DNA from: Chrysochromulina tobinii
Taxonomy: Eukaryota
Direction of reading: 5' to 3'
Assembly (NCBI GenBank): GCA_001275005.1
Contig: JWZX01002833.1
Span: 1-55,962, forward strand
DNA: 55,962 nt
Position 1 is the first letter of the stretch. Each line of letters opens with the position of its first letter. Shown here one piece after another: positions 10,548 to 21,097 of this stretch. Both the position numbers and the translations under genes were made by a program. The notes below the pieces were generated by a model. That model had not been told where the DNA came from, ran no database searches, and saw only the letters and a list, made by a program, of their open reading frames with translations.

Positions 10548-11747
10548 TCAAGGACCGAGGGGGTTAACAGCCCGGACTGCGCTGACCATTGACTGCATGG
10601 CGGTGGCGCTGTAGACGTTGAAGGCCACAGAAACTCGCTGTCCAGCCTCAACGTGGTCCGGGTTACATGTACCTCGGGTTGCCTCGGGCTGGCCCTCTTC
10701 CGCCACCGCTGCCATCATGCCGAGCCTGCGCGGCAAGACGCAGTGCGGAACAAACCCAGGGAAGGCCCACAGCTCCCCCGGTCGTGGCCGCACCGGCACG
10801 ACGAAACAGCACGCTTGGCCGTGCTCGCCCAATCCAGCTGCAAATTTGAGAAGCAACGAGCCCCCGACGACACTCTTCTCGACTGTCTGCCCTGACGTTG
10901 CCTTCTGTTCAGCCGCCCCGCCCAAAGGAGGCCACGCCTGCCCCACGCCCTCGTGAGCGCCCTCGTGAGCGCCCTCGTGAGCGCCCTCGTGAGCCTCTCC
11001 AGTCGCCACGAAGAGCACGAGACTCCACTGCACCTCGCGACCGTGATCGTGCACAGCATTGAAGGCGGCCGCCCCGCTCGAATTGAGCCAGCCCGAGACC
11101 ACCTGATGCTCCCCACTTGGCCCGTGGTGCGACACGCAGGTGAGAGAGACGAGCGCCGCACGTATCATGGGTAGCAGGGACTCGTGCCATGGGTCCGTAC
11201 TGCAATCGAAGAAGCACTCGGATGAGTGCCACCCACCCACGTTCGAGACTTCCACACCGGCGAACTCGCGCCGCTGCCGTGATGCTTCTGTGCGCAGCGA
11301 TGGCAGTAGTGATGCGCACAGGGCCTCTTGGAGCTGGAAACGGTGGATGGTAGTCTCGGGGTTCGCGCCGTCTGCGTTGCAGTCAGGTATAACATACAGC
11401 TCGTGCCTGCTGAACATGGGATCGCCCAAAAGTTTGGGATCGCCCAAAAGTTTGGCTTGTCGCAGGCTGGCGATTGAGAGCCAGGTCAGCTGCTCGACGT
11501 GCGTTTCCCATTCTTGCGAAGCACCGTAATTGGACGTCAGGAGCAGAGTTGCCGCTGCTTCCATGCATGAAGAATTCGTAAAGAGCTCTTCTCGTGAAGA
11601 CCTGTCAGGGGTCAAAGTGCTCGAGGCTGCACCAGCTGCTCCAGCAATAAAGCTGCATGCCTGCACGAGCTCAGCGCGCATCCGCGACAATATCAATCTT
11701 TCTGCATCATCCTCTTCGAAATCGTCAGTGAGATGCTCGTCCATCAT
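10548..11747 (-). CDS. Putative 2OG-Fe(II) oxygenase (TIGR02466-like)
   Basis: SNVGGWHS; WLN...FNAVHDH; WSLVLFV; PRPGELWAFPGFVPHCV; RVSVAFNV. Confidence 0.75.
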   Translation of the reverse strand: MMDEHLTDDFEEDDAERLILSRMRAELVQACSFIAGAAGAASSTLTPDRSSREELFTNSSCMEAAATLLLTSNYGASQEWETHVEQLTWLSIASLRQAKLLGDPKLLGDPMFSRHELYVIPDCNADGANPETTIHRFQLQEALCASLLPSLRTEASRQRREFAGVEVSNVGGWHSSECFFDCSTDPWHESLLPMIRAALVSLTCVSHHGPSGEHQVVSGWLNSSGAAAFNAVHDHGREVQWSLVLFVATGEAHEGAHEGAHEGAHEGVGQAWPPLGGAAEQKATSGQTVEKSVVGGSLLLKFAAGLGEHGQACCFVVPVRPRPGELWAFPGFVPHCVLPRRLGMMAAVAEEGQPEATRGTCNPDHVEAGQRVSVAFNVYSATAMQSMVSAVRAVNPLGP

Positions 11748-11904
11748 CTTCAGAGAACACGAGACGCGCGCACGCCGCCGCGAGTAGGGTGACGTTGAGG
11801 GACGTCATCACCTGCATCAGAGATCAGACGGACGAACCAAACTGTGAACGTTCACGCGACACACGAAAGAGTTTGATTCAAGTCTAAACTCATCCGGTCT
11901 CCTC

Positions 11905-13539
11905 TCAATGCTTCTCGGGGAACAGGGAGTTGAAGTCTTCGGTCAGAAAGCGGCGCTCTGCATTCTCCGCACGCATACCCGCCAACGTGCCGATCTGCAG
12001 CGACGGTGGCTGGAGCGTGAACCTGTAGCCAAAGCCACACAGATTGAGCACGAAGCCCAGGCTGAAGGCGAGCCCTGCCGCCTGAATGGCCGCTGACCAA
12101 GCAAGAAATAGCGCGTCACCCAGCAGCGCCACGGCCCGCTTGGCCAGTGGCAGGGCGACGCTGTCCTCTTCGTCTGTCTCCTCGTCTGGGAGGCTCATGG
12201 TCAGACGTGCCCGGCTGCCTTGGCCTCCGCGCGCACGCTGCACCATCGCCAGTGCCGTCTCCGCCGATGCGCCCGCCTGCGCCTCGTCTGCAGCCGGGAG
12301 GGCGAGGGGCGTACCCGGGCACTCGGGGCCCTCGCACAGGCTCACAGCGTCGCGCGGGCACACCCCCGAGCACCCAACGCTCCTCACAGCCACGCGAGCA
12401 CCCGACGCCCTCTCGCAAGCGGCGCCCAGCAATCTGCCAGCGCCGTTGCGCCAGCACCGATTGCCCGTGCAAATCGTGAGAGCGTCTGCGGCTTCTGCGG
12501 CGTCTGCGGCGTCTGCAGCGTCTGCGGCGGCGGCCTCTTCACCGTCTGCCTCGCTGTCTCCCTTCGTGCTCAAGCACGGCTTCGGTGGCGGCGGTGGCAG
12601 AAAAGGTTGGAGCAGTATAGCCCGAGACGAGCCCAAGGGAAAGACGCCGCGCAACGCCGCAGCGCCCTCGGTCGAGGAGGCCCACGACCAGCTGTGCGAG
12701 GTGAGGCGGCTGCCGCTGCCGCCGTGCTCCACAGGCGGCGCCAGAGTCTCGAGGAGGGCCTGCCGGACGAGTCTCCAACGGTCGACCGTTTCGGAGGTGA
12801 TCACTCGGTCCTCCTTGGCATCGGGTGCGAAGGCAATGCTGATCATCAAGCTCTCTTCCGGTTCTGCGGAGCCGCCGCTATGGAATGTGAGCGCCGGGAT
12901 GAAGATGGCATCGCCGGGTGACATGCAGTGATCGATGGACACCTCGGAACCAAGCGTGCGCCCGGCGACGCAAAATCGCTTTCGGCCACGCAGCATGATG
13001 AGAAGCACGTCGATGTCGTCAATGTGCCAGCCAAGCGATGCGGACGTCTTGGCGTGCGTCGGGGCGCTCGTCAAGTAAGCATCCACATCGAGCAAGCGCC
13101 GACCCGACCTTGTCTCCAACGCGGCCAGCCACGCCCTCAGGCTTTCTGTGCAGCACTCACCTCCCGCTTTAGACACTTTGGCAGAGATTGGCGCACCAGA
13201 CAGCTGAGCAGCCTCATGCAACGTTGGATCGGTCGGAAAGATCCGAGTGCATGAGTGTCGCTCGCAAGCCCACTTGACGAGCGGCGTGGGCACCACGAAC
13301 GCATCAGCATCGTTGCGAGAGTCAAACGCTTTGACCAGTGCGGCCGTAGAAATTGGCAAACCAGCAATGTCGGCCGCGAGTCCAGCAATGCCGTCAGAAC
13401 TGAACGCAGCTCTTGCCAACCATGGCCCTCCCGTGCTTGAAGTCCGAGATCGCAGATCGCCAAGGCCGCTGGCAGGCGCAAGTGCGGTCGTGCTGAGCAA
13501 CGCGGAGAGCAGCACGAGCGTTATAAAACGCAACTCCAT
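11905..13539 (-). CDS. Signal-peptide protein: JmjC/cupin domain + thioredoxin-like [2Fe-2S] ferredoxin motif + C-terminal membrane segment
   Basis: N-terminal hydrophobic signal; LGWHIDDIDVLLIMLRGRKRF and PGDAIFIPALTFH (HxD...H); ICTGNRCWRNGA...GCSGVC; hydrophobic C-terminal helix. Confidence 0.65.
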   Translation of the reverse strand: MELRFITLVLLSALLSTTALAPASGLGDLRSRTSSTGGPWLARAAFSSDGIAGLAADIAGLPISTAALVKAFDSRNDADAFVVPTPLVKWACERHSCTRIFPTDPTLHEAAQLSGAPISAKVSKAGGECCTESLRAWLAALETRSGRRLLDVDAYLTSAPTHAKTSASLGWHIDDIDVLLIMLRGRKRFCVAGRTLGSEVSIDHCMSPGDAIFIPALTFHSGGSAEPEESLMISIAFAPDAKEDRVITSETVDRWRLVRQALLETLAPPVEHGGSGSRLTSHSWSWASSTEGAAALRGVFPLGSSRAILLQPFLPPPPPKPCLSTKGDSEADGEEAAAADAADAADAAEAADALTICTGNRCWRNGAGRLLGAACERASGARVAVRSVGCSGVCPRDAVSLCEGPECPGTPLALPAADEAQAGASAETALAMVQRARGGQGSRARLTMSLPDEETDEEDSVALPLAKRAVALLGDALFLAWSAAIQAAGLAFSLGFVLNLCGFGYRFTLQPPSLQIGTLAGMRAENAERRFLTEDFNSLFPEKH

Positions 13540-13692
13540 GGCCGCGTGAATGCGGACAATCTCCGAAACCTCAGGAAACTCAGATTATCTTATACGTTCG
13601 TACATGTACCTCGTACACAACTCGATCGAGTTTTGGAAGCTTGCCGTACTGTACGCTCTGAAAGTCATGCACGAGTTTCATGTTCATGTTTC

Positions 13693-14907
13693 ATGTTTCA
13701 ATGTTCGCGTCCAGGATTAGCGGGTTCGCAGGGCGACTGCAGTCAGCTGGCACCTAGGCTGTTCTGCGGGAGTGCTGTGTCGGCTGCGGACTCCGTACTG
13801 CTGCGTCACCTTGGCGTGACACTTGTGGTAAACGTAGCAGACGACCTGGTGCACTCGGGGCATAAGGCACTCGCTCAGACCTACGAAGATGAATGGTGGC
13901 GCGAGTTTGGCGCGCTGATCGGCAGCGAGTGGTGGCGGCGAATGTGGCGAGGTACTCATAATGGTGGCGTGCGCCGGCTCTCATATCCGCTCAAGGACTC
14001 GCCCTCGAGCTCCGAGGGCGAAGCTCTTGGGAGTGAACTCGCTCGACGCGAAATGTGGATGCTTGAAGAGGTGGTGCGCGCGATGCAGGATGGAAGTGGC
14101 GGTGCCGTGCTGGTGCACTGCGTCGCAGGTATCAATCGGTCTGCGACGATATCGTGCGCCGCGCTGATGCTCTGCTATCGCTGTACCTATCTCGCCGCGA
14201 TCACCTGGGTACAACAAGCACGTCCGATCTGCAAGCCGTGCCCCGAGTACGTGTGCGCTCTCTTGGCGCTCGATACGGCGCTTCGTGCCCAAGGGACACC
14301 TCTGCTCGAGCGCATCGAGCTTCCTGTACCATCTGGCGCTGGCGCGATCGGGGTGTTCCACGAGGAGCCAGCCGGCGTTGGCGCCGAGGAGACGGACGCT
14401 GTACAGGTGAAGGCGTGGCCACCGCCAGCCCCGGACACCGAGCCGGCGAAGGAAAGGCCAGGCTCGCCGGGTTCGCCGGGTTCGCCGGGTTCGCCGGGTT
14501 CGCCGGGTTCGCCGGGTTCACCGGGCTCGCCGGGCTCGCCGGGCTCGCCGGGCTCGCCTCTCCAGGAGCTGCTCTCCGCGCGCGCACGCGCAGGCCCCAT
14601 CACGTCAGACCGCACCTACTCGAATGCAATGACCTCCATCATTGAAGTGGACTTTCCGCTAGGCACGATAGCCGTTGACGGGGATGACGACGAGTACGAC
14701 TCAGCGCCAGAGCCAGCGCCAGCGCCTGCCACCGCGCGGCCAACTGCGTCAAGCACACCGCTTGCCATGCAGCGCACTGCGAGCCCGACGCCGCGATCAC
14801 CGTGGCGTCACGGGCCTACAGAAGCGTGGCGCCGCGACAAGCCGACAAAGGCCAACAACGTCAAGACTTGCTGCACCGGGTCTCCGGATGATGCTCATAC
14901 GCCCTGA
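13693..14907 (+). CDS. Dual-specificity protein phosphatase with (PGS)n tract (start uncertain)
   Basis: LGVTLVVNV; YPLKD; catalytic VLVHCVAGINRSATI; WVQQARPICKP. Confidence 0.85.
   Translation: MFQCSRPGLAGSQGDCSQLAPRLFCGSAVSAADSVLLRHLGVTLVVNVADDLVHSGHKALAQTYEDEWWREFGALIGSEWWRRMWRGTHNGGVRRLSYPLKDSPSSSEGEALGSELARREMWMLEEVVRAMQDGSGGAVLVHCVAGINRSATISCAALMLCYRCTYLAAITWVQQARPICKPCPEYVCALLALDTALRAQGTPLLERIELPVPSGAGAIGVFHEEPAGVGAEETDAVQVKAWPPPAPDTEPAKERPGSPGSPGSPGSPGSPGSPGSPGSPGSPGSPGSPLQELLSARARAGPITSDRTYSNAMTSIIEVDFPLGTIAVDGDDDEYDSAPEPAPAPATARPTASSTPLAMQRTASPTPRSPWRHGPTEAWRRDKPTKANNVKTCCTGSPDDAHTP
14458..14558 (+). repeat. 9-bp coding microsatellite (ccgggytcg) about 11 copies, encoding PGS
   Basis: Directly visible. 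Confidence 0.9.
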
Positions 14908-15353
14908 AATGTCCCTCGAGTCTAGATGGCAATCCACTAGCAGTCTCATGCGATTGCTACTATACCCATGGACCCGAATAGGACCCGAATTGCGAGAGAA
15001 CTCCCCGTTAACAGGATAACACATAAAAGCGCCACGGTGCGGCCGGAAGGGTGGTGTTCTGTTCACTGTGCTGACTGTCGTGCGGTATTAAAGGCGCTCT
15101 GTCTCTAAAGGGCGCTCTGTAAAAACAGAATCGGACGTAGCCACCGGGGTTCCCCGATCGGATCCGATCCAGTTATGTTGGTTCCTCTTCGGTGTGAATT
15201 CGTTGCGCACACTGTTTCCATAAGAAAGCCCACACACGCACAGGGTCTCGACACGCCGTGCCTTGCCAGGTGTGAACGTGAACGCCGGCGCGCTCGTATC
15301 TTAGTTTGCCTCTCACCGTGCGTGCGTGCCGGGCGCGCGCGTCTCATCGCGTC

Positions 15354-16652
15354 TTATTCCTCATCGAGCACCTTGAGCATGAACGCCGTCTCTCCGCCCA
15401 GCACCCGGCCATTGCATTCGGCCTCGGTCCCACCCCCGGCCGCGTCGCGAAAGGTGGGCTCCTTGCATCCTGCCATGGCTCGTCGCTTTTGGCTCTTGAG
15501 ACTCTCTACGCCGCCATTCTTGAGCTTCTCCTTCACGTTGCCCGCGCCCCGCGCGGCCATCAAGATCTCCTTCTGCGTCATCTGGCCGGCCTTGTCCCAA
15601 GCGTTCTGCACGCCGGAGTACGATTTGGTGCGAGAGCTGTCGGGCACTAACCCTTCGAGCACGGCGCTGGCTGCGCGGGGGCGCCACGGACCGATTGCCG
15701 CGGACAGCACGGCGGTGACTTGGCCGATGAAGCCGCGCCGTTCAACTGCAGTGCTGTCCAGACGCATGAACGCTACGCCTGCCCGTGGCGGTGACCGACT
15801 CCGATCGGCATTGCCACCGCCTGCCTGCAGGCGCTCTTGGTACGCTTGCCAGCACTGCAATCCATCGGGCACAAAAGGCTCTGCTGCCATCATTTCGGCC
15901 AGTGCCGCCGCATCGGTGAAAGTGCCCCAAGCGACTTCCCCGTCGACGTGTCGAACCTCTTCAGACTCGGCCAGCGTGTATTCGAAGCAGTCGACAAAAA
16001 CTCTATTGAGATCTGTTGACACAACTGTGCTCAAGTTCCAGCTGAGCAGGCCACCCCCGCCCACGCCAAGCTCCTCGCCCAGCTCGCGCAGGGCTGTGGT
16101 TTCTGCCGACTCTCCAAAGCTAGCCATGCCGCCCACCCACATATCGAGCATGGACGGAAAGTGCTTTTTGTTGGCGGCACGCCGATGCACGTAGATCTCA
16201 CCCTTGAGATTGCGCACCAGGATCCCGACACCGCGAATCAGAATCCGACGGTCAAGGGCGTAGCTCCGTGGCAGTGCCAAAAGGTCGCGGCCTGTCTCTG
16301 CATCGCAAGCCGCCACCACCTCCTCATCCAGAGCCGGAGCTGGCGGCAGAGGCAGAGGCAGGTGCTCGTCGTCCAAATTGTGAGCAAGCCCAAGTTCATC
16401 GAATCGCGTCAGCAGCAGTGCATTTGTGAAAGCAGCTATCTCATCCGGCACCTCGTTCTGCAGCACTTGAGCTTTGCCGCCTGAGGCAAAGAAGCGGATG
16501 CCACCCTTGACTCCATCAAAGCTCCAAGTTTCGCCGTTAGACTCATGAGAGGTTGCACGGATGGCAACGTCGCCGAAGTGCGCCAGGAATAAGGGTCGGG
16601 ATGTGCTTAACACATAGCAGGTGATAATGTGGGAGGCGATCAGCACGAGCAT
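15354..16652 (-). CDS. Nudix hydrolase (IDI-like subfamily) fused to a C-terminal module preceded by a twin-arginine-like segment
   Basis: VGILVRN..GEIYVHRRA..KKHFPSMLDMWVGG; Nudix box GESAETTALRELGEELGV; downstream RRGFIGQV...PRAASA. The 5' structure is uncertain. Confidence 0.75.
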   Translation of the reverse strand: MLVLIASHIITCYVLSTSRPLFLAHFGDVAIRATSHESNGETWSFDGVKGGIRFFASGGKAQVLQNEVPDEIAAFTNALLLTRFDELGLAHNLDDEHLPLPLPPAPALDEEVVAACDAETGRDLLALPRSYALDRRILIRGVGILVRNLKGEIYVHRRAANKKHFPSMLDMWVGGMASFGESAETTALRELGEELGVGGGGLLSWNLSTVVSTDLNRVFVDCFEYTLAESEEVRHVDGEVAWGTFTDAAALAEMMAAEPFVPDGLQCWQAYQERLQAGGGNADRSRSPPRAGVAFMRLDSTAVERRGFIGQVTAVLSAAIGPWRPRAASAVLEGLVPDSSRTKSYSGVQNAWDKAGQMTQKEILMAARGAGNVKEKLKNGGVESLKSQKRRAMAGCKEPTFRDAAGGGTEAECNGRVLGGETAFMLKVLDEE

Positions 16653-16938
16653 TGAAAGTCTCGAGCCTTGTGGTCCTGTACACAGGCTCTCGTGCCCTGG
16701 CGACGACTTCCGTTAGCTGGAGATGCGCCGACGCTGCCGAGCGGCTCAGGGGAGAAAGTAGGCTAAGCCATACGCGGGAGCGCCAAAAAACGGGGTCTTG
16801 TTGGTGTGAGTGTGAACGTTGTCACGGAGTTTAGCGCACACCTGAGCACACAGTTACAGTGACCCGGTAAGAAAATTTGGCCTCGAGATGAAAGAAGATG
16901 AAGGTCCTCTCGAAAAGAGGTTAGTGCACCCATAGATT

Positions 16939-18747
16939 TCATCTGGATGCCTGCCGTACACGTAAGTGCATGATGGCCATCGCCGTGTTGAACGGGAAGA
17001 GAAAGTACTTTTGCTTCACCTCAGCGAGCCGCGTCTGCATCTGTGCGACCTGTGTAGGCGTGATGGCCCGAAGGACCTGCGGCAGCTGGGCCACCTGGCT
17101 CTGGCGGATTCGCACCGAGAAGCGGCGCCAATCGAGCACATTGCAAAAGGGCAGCGTGATCTCGTCATCGACGATGACAGGGATTGAGCCGAAAAAGATT
17201 GCTTCCGCGAGCCGGAAGGAGTGCAGCCCGTTACCCGCGGGAGCGACCGAGAAGACGGAGGACAGCATGAGCGTCTTGTAGTCCCAGTGCTCCGCTCGTT
17301 GGCGACGGCCGAGCTTGTTGTCGTCGGTGCACAGCATGATGAGATCTCGGCCATTATGCAGCTCAGCGAGCTGCGGTCGGCGCGAGTCGGGCTGACACAC
17401 GCCCTTGAAGGACGCGAGCAAGGTGCGCCGACTTCGCGCCGCCGCGAGCTCCGATGGCGTCACGCGTGCCGCCTCGCCATTGGGCAGCAGGGGCACAGGC
17501 AGGTCGAAGCCGGGCCGGTAGTCGGATAGCCGCATCGAAGTCTTCATGAAGAGCGCATCGTCCGTACGATACTTGATCGTGTGGTGGTCGATGTAGTCCC
17601 AAATCACGTGGTTGCGCCCCTTGCCGTGCCACGACGGCATCGCTCGCAACATCGAGTGCGTTGCAGGGTCGCACACGTCCCACTCACAATTGATGTTGAC
17701 GGTCGGAATCACCAGGCATGCGGCCTCCGCGTCGTCCGTGACGCCCACGCGCAGCGTCTGGCGCATGCACGACGGCCAGCGCTCCATGTCGTGCGTCTTC
17801 GGCTTCGGCGTGTCAATGTACAAGCGCAGCGCCGACGCGGCGGTCTCTGCGCCGCGCGGCCTGCATCTCTCGAGCTCAAAACAATGCGTTATATTGCAAC
17901 GGTCGTCGTGAGGCGGGCGCATGGGCGTGTCGCGGTAGCACCAGTCCTCCTGCGGCAGCCCCAGCCCGTGCCAGCCCACGGGTATGTCGTCGAAGACGAC
18001 CGTTAGCGGAGCGTCGATGGGGACGGGAGCGTTGCCGTTCGCCTCGAAGACGTAGCCCTCGCATGTTGGCGGTGGGAGTGGCATAAAGACCTGCAGCGAC
18101 TTGAGCGTGGCCCAGGTGCGATCGCGGTTGATGTCGACCGAGACACAGTGGCTGAGCGAGCGGCACTTGGCCTCCGCACGATCGCAATTGTGGTCGTTGC
18201 ACCTGATTTGGCATCCGCCGTCGCGCGGCGACTCATCGAAGCCGCATTGGAAGTCGCTGCCTGCGCCGAGACCCGTCTCACGCAACGCTTGCGCCAAGTC
18301 GGACCGCCGGCTCAACGAGCGAAGCAACTGCGTTGTGCTGATCACGCTCAAGCCGAGCGACGTGTTGCTGAGCAGTTCGCGAAAGCGCGGCGCATCCCGC
18401 CGCAAGTAGCTGAGCAGCTCGAGGTGCTTCACGCTGTTGAAGCGCAGGCCCGCGCGCTCGAGAACTTCCCAATCGTACTGGCGCCCGTGCAGCTCGCTGA
18501 TGAGCGCTTCGGTGGTGGCCTGGCGGACAGTCCGAAGCGCACCCGCGGCCATCGGCAGCGGTGGAGGCGGCGGCGGCGCCTGTGCGCTCGAAGGTAGCAG
18601 AGGCGGCGGCGGCGGACCTTGTACTGGTGTGGCAGCGCCCCGTCCAAGTCGCCGCAGTTTCCGAAGGCGACGCGGCCGACGTCCTTCGGAACCTAGTGCT
18701 GCGGGCGCCAGTATGAGGAGCAGCCAGAGGCAGAGACCCAGACTCAT
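16939..18747 (-). CDS. Exostosin-family glycosyltransferase (GT47)
   Basis: N-terminal signal/anchor; W..KGRNHVIW; LLASFKG; SVFSVAPAGNGLHSFRLAEAIFFGSIPVIVDDEITLPF...LDW. Confidence 0.85.
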   Translation of the reverse strand: MSLGLCLWLLLILAPAALGSEGRRPRRLRKLRRLGRGAATPVQGPPPPPLLPSSAQAPPPPPPLPMAAGALRTVRQATTEALISELHGRQYDWEVLERAGLRFNSVKHLELLSYLRRDAPRFRELLSNTSLGLSVISTTQLLRSLSRRSDLAQALRETGLGAGSDFQCGFDESPRDGGCQIRCNDHNCDRAEAKCRSLSHCVSVDINRDRTWATLKSLQVFMPLPPPTCEGYVFEANGNAPVPIDAPLTVVFDDIPVGWHGLGLPQEDWCYRDTPMRPPHDDRCNITHCFELERCRPRGAETAASALRLYIDTPKPKTHDMERWPSCMRQTLRVGVTDDAEAACLVIPTVNINCEWDVCDPATHSMLRAMPSWHGKGRNHVIWDYIDHHTIKYRTDDALFMKTSMRLSDYRPGFDLPVPLLPNGEAARVTPSELAAARSRRTLLASFKGVCQPDSRRPQLAELHNGRDLIMLCTDDNKLGRRQRAEHWDYKTLMLSSVFSVAPAGNGLHSFRLAEAIFFGSIPVIVDDEITLPFCNVLDWRRFSVRIRQSQVAQLPQVLRAITPTQVAQMQTRLAEVKQKYFLFPFNTAMAIMHLRVRQASR

Positions 18748-18944
18748 AGAAAGTGTGAGGTGAGTGTGAACGTTAACACGACACACGCGACACGTGTGTG
18801 TGGGAAGTTAAGAACAGGACCACACAGTTCCGCGTCGCTTTGTCGAATGATAACCATTGGCGGTCCGCGGTGTCTATGGCGAATTATAACCTATTGGCTG
18901 TGAAACGGCACGAGAAATGTGTCCGAAGTGGGGTTCTATTAAAA

Positions 18945-20525
18945 TCAATTGGTGGTAAATTGGCGACGGTATGTATCTACGTCGGATCGGTCGCCTTCCC
19001 CACAAATGCTACTGTCCTCGGGTGCGCACAGCCATACACGCGCGAGCTCCGTGTACTCAGCTGTCGTAGGTGCTCTTGACCCTCTGTCCTGCACCGCTGG
19101 CCGCGGGTCCAGTTTGACAGTGTGCTCGACCGCTTGACCGAGTCGCGCACGCTGCCACGCGGACGAGTAGGCAGGGCGGCTCTCCACAAACTGACGGCCC
19201 ATCGCCTCGAGCTGAGCGAGCGAGCTGATGCGACGGTGGTTGAGGCCGATGACCGGTAGCTTGTCGAAGGTCGGGAGGTGGCGCAGGCCTGAGAGCGCCA
19301 TACTGGCATGCTTCCGCTGGAGAAGCGGGACAGTCTTTCGAGTGTCTAGATCAGCATTAGGGCGCAGCGTGTCACCGACGTTGTCCTCCACCCTGGCGTC
19401 CGTGCCCGAGTGATCGCCGCGCTCCATGTACGTGGTCGCGAATGAGACGCTCCCCCGACGATGGAACACGTCGACTGGCGCCGATGGGTACAGCATGACG
19501 TCGCCGCGCCCATACATGTAGTCGATCAAGAAGCGCTTCCATGAGCGCGGCCACGTCGATGCGCGCGATTCGGGGATGGCCAGCGCAGGATCGCCGAGGA
19601 CCTCGCGCTGCTCGTGCTGTCCATGCTGCAACGCCTCGTGGCTGAAGTTGAAAAAGGGCGCGCGCGTGCGCACTCGATAGAATTGGCCGAAGCGCCGCCA
19701 GTGTGCGCGAAAAAAGAGAGCACCCCACGAGCACGGCAGCTGAAAGAGGTATGCGGGGCTCTGCCCTGCGGCCGATGACGAGCGTGGCCACCACCATTGC
19801 ATCGGGTACTTGATCTCGTTGTGCCTGGGGCTGTACAACGAGACGCCAGCGAGGTGACGGAAGCGGCGCGCGCCCTCGGGGCTGTCAAATGGTCCGTACG
19901 CATCGGCCGCGCGGCGCAGCCACCAATAGAAGAGAGGCGAGACCTCGTTATCGTCCTCGATGGGCAGCACGTGCGCCTCGGGCGGCTCACGCTCAAGCTC
20001 GCGGCTCAGCACCCGCACCCACATGTTGCGTACGCCATTCGGGCTGGGCTCGATGACGATGCGGAAAGGCCCGTGGCGCCACGCGATGGACTCGGCCACT
20101 GCCACTGCCGCCTCAGACGGCTGCGCATCGAAAAGGATGGTGAGAGACAGCGTGGCGCCGCAGTACTCGGCCGCCAACAGCGACGCAAGTGTTCGCCGCA
20201 GTGACCTGACGCGTCGCCATGCGAAGACGAAAATGGCGATGCGCAAGGGAGCGGCGCCAGCGCTGATCTCGCAGAGATTATCGTCGTTGGCTCCGTACAA
20301 TGGCAACGGATAATCTGGAAAGACGGCGGTGTATTCGCGCACGGCCTTTTCAAGGTCCCACCGAGGCTGCGGAGAAGGAGGCGAACGCTCAGCAACGGCG
20401 GCGCCGCTGTGAGTCAGCAGCAGCTGCTGTTGAGTCAGCAGCAGAGCGACCACGATCAGGCACACGACCACGGCCAACTGTCTCGACTGCGCCGACGCAC
20501 GCTTGTTGGCGAAACCCATAGTCAT
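18945..20525 (-). CDS. Type II membrane GT-A-fold glycosyltransferase (GT2-like)
   Basis: N-terminal TM helix; IFVFAWRRVRSLRRTL; LPIEDDNEVSP; YLFQLPCSWGALFF; SWKRFLIDYMY.RG..MLYP. Confidence 0.7.
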   Translation of the reverse strand: MTMGFANKRASAQSRQLAVVVCLIVVALLLTQQQLLLTHSGAAVAERSPPSPQPRWDLEKAVREYTAVFPDYPLPLYGANDDNLCEISAGAAPLRIAIFVFAWRRVRSLRRTLASLLAAEYCGATLSLTILFDAQPSEAAVAVAESIAWRHGPFRIVIEPSPNGVRNMWVRVLSRELEREPPEAHVLPIEDDNEVSPLFYWWLRRAADAYGPFDSPEGARRFRHLAGVSLYSPRHNEIKYPMQWWWPRSSSAAGQSPAYLFQLPCSWGALFFRAHWRRFGQFYRVRTRAPFFNFSHEALQHGQHEQREVLGDPALAIPESRASTWPRSWKRFLIDYMYGRGDVMLYPSAPVDVFHRRGSVSFATTYMERGDHSGTDARVEDNVGDTLRPNADLDTRKTVPLLQRKHASMALSGLRHLPTFDKLPVIGLNHRRISSLAQLEAMGRQFVESRPAYSSAWQRARLGQAVEHTVKLDPRPAVQDRGSRAPTTAEYTELARVWLCAPEDSSICGEGDRSDVDTYRRQFTTN

Positions 20526-20589
20526 CAGATTCACAGCAAAAAATATTGTCTACCGCCGCGCGCGCGCGCAGGGCCGCTGCGTGGCGTTC

Positions 20590-21072
20590 CAGTGCACGGT
20601 ACCGGAAAGCCCTGCCGGAAAGGTACGTGCGTATGTCCCCCGGTGTTTTTGAACCCTGATACTGAACACGGTAGTTGTAAACGTTACGTTACCGGTTCAA
20701 AGACACCGGGGGGAGCCGGGACACACAGGACACACACGGGACACGCGGACGCACGAAGGCACACGGACCGCACAGACGAACCTCACAACCATCGAAACCC
20801 ACCAACAACGTTACCGGTGTGTGTCCCGGCTCCCCCCCCGGTGTCTTTTTACAGGTACCGTAACCGGTCTGTCCATGTGTCCCGTGTGTGTCCCGGCTCC
20901 CCCCGGTGTCTTTATACCGGTACCGGTACCGTGTGTGTCCCGGCTCCCCCCGGTGTCTTTTTACCGGTACCGTACGGTACCGGTACAGTACCGGTACCGG
21001 TACAGTACCGGTACCGGTATCGCACCGCTTCGACGAGCTCTACTACAGTACCCGGTACGGGTAGTACTGTAC
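20590..21072. repeat. Cluster of short dispersed repeats (gtgtgtcccggctccccccggtgtctttt; 3 direct copies, 1 longer inverted copy, 1 partial) embedded in a (GGTACC)n-type microsatellite
   Basis: Direct copies at about 20817, 20884 and 20931; inverted copy at about 20698-20810; another copy at about 27030. Confidence 0.85.
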
Positions 21073-21097
21073 TAGCTTGTATGTCGCGCCAACTCCG

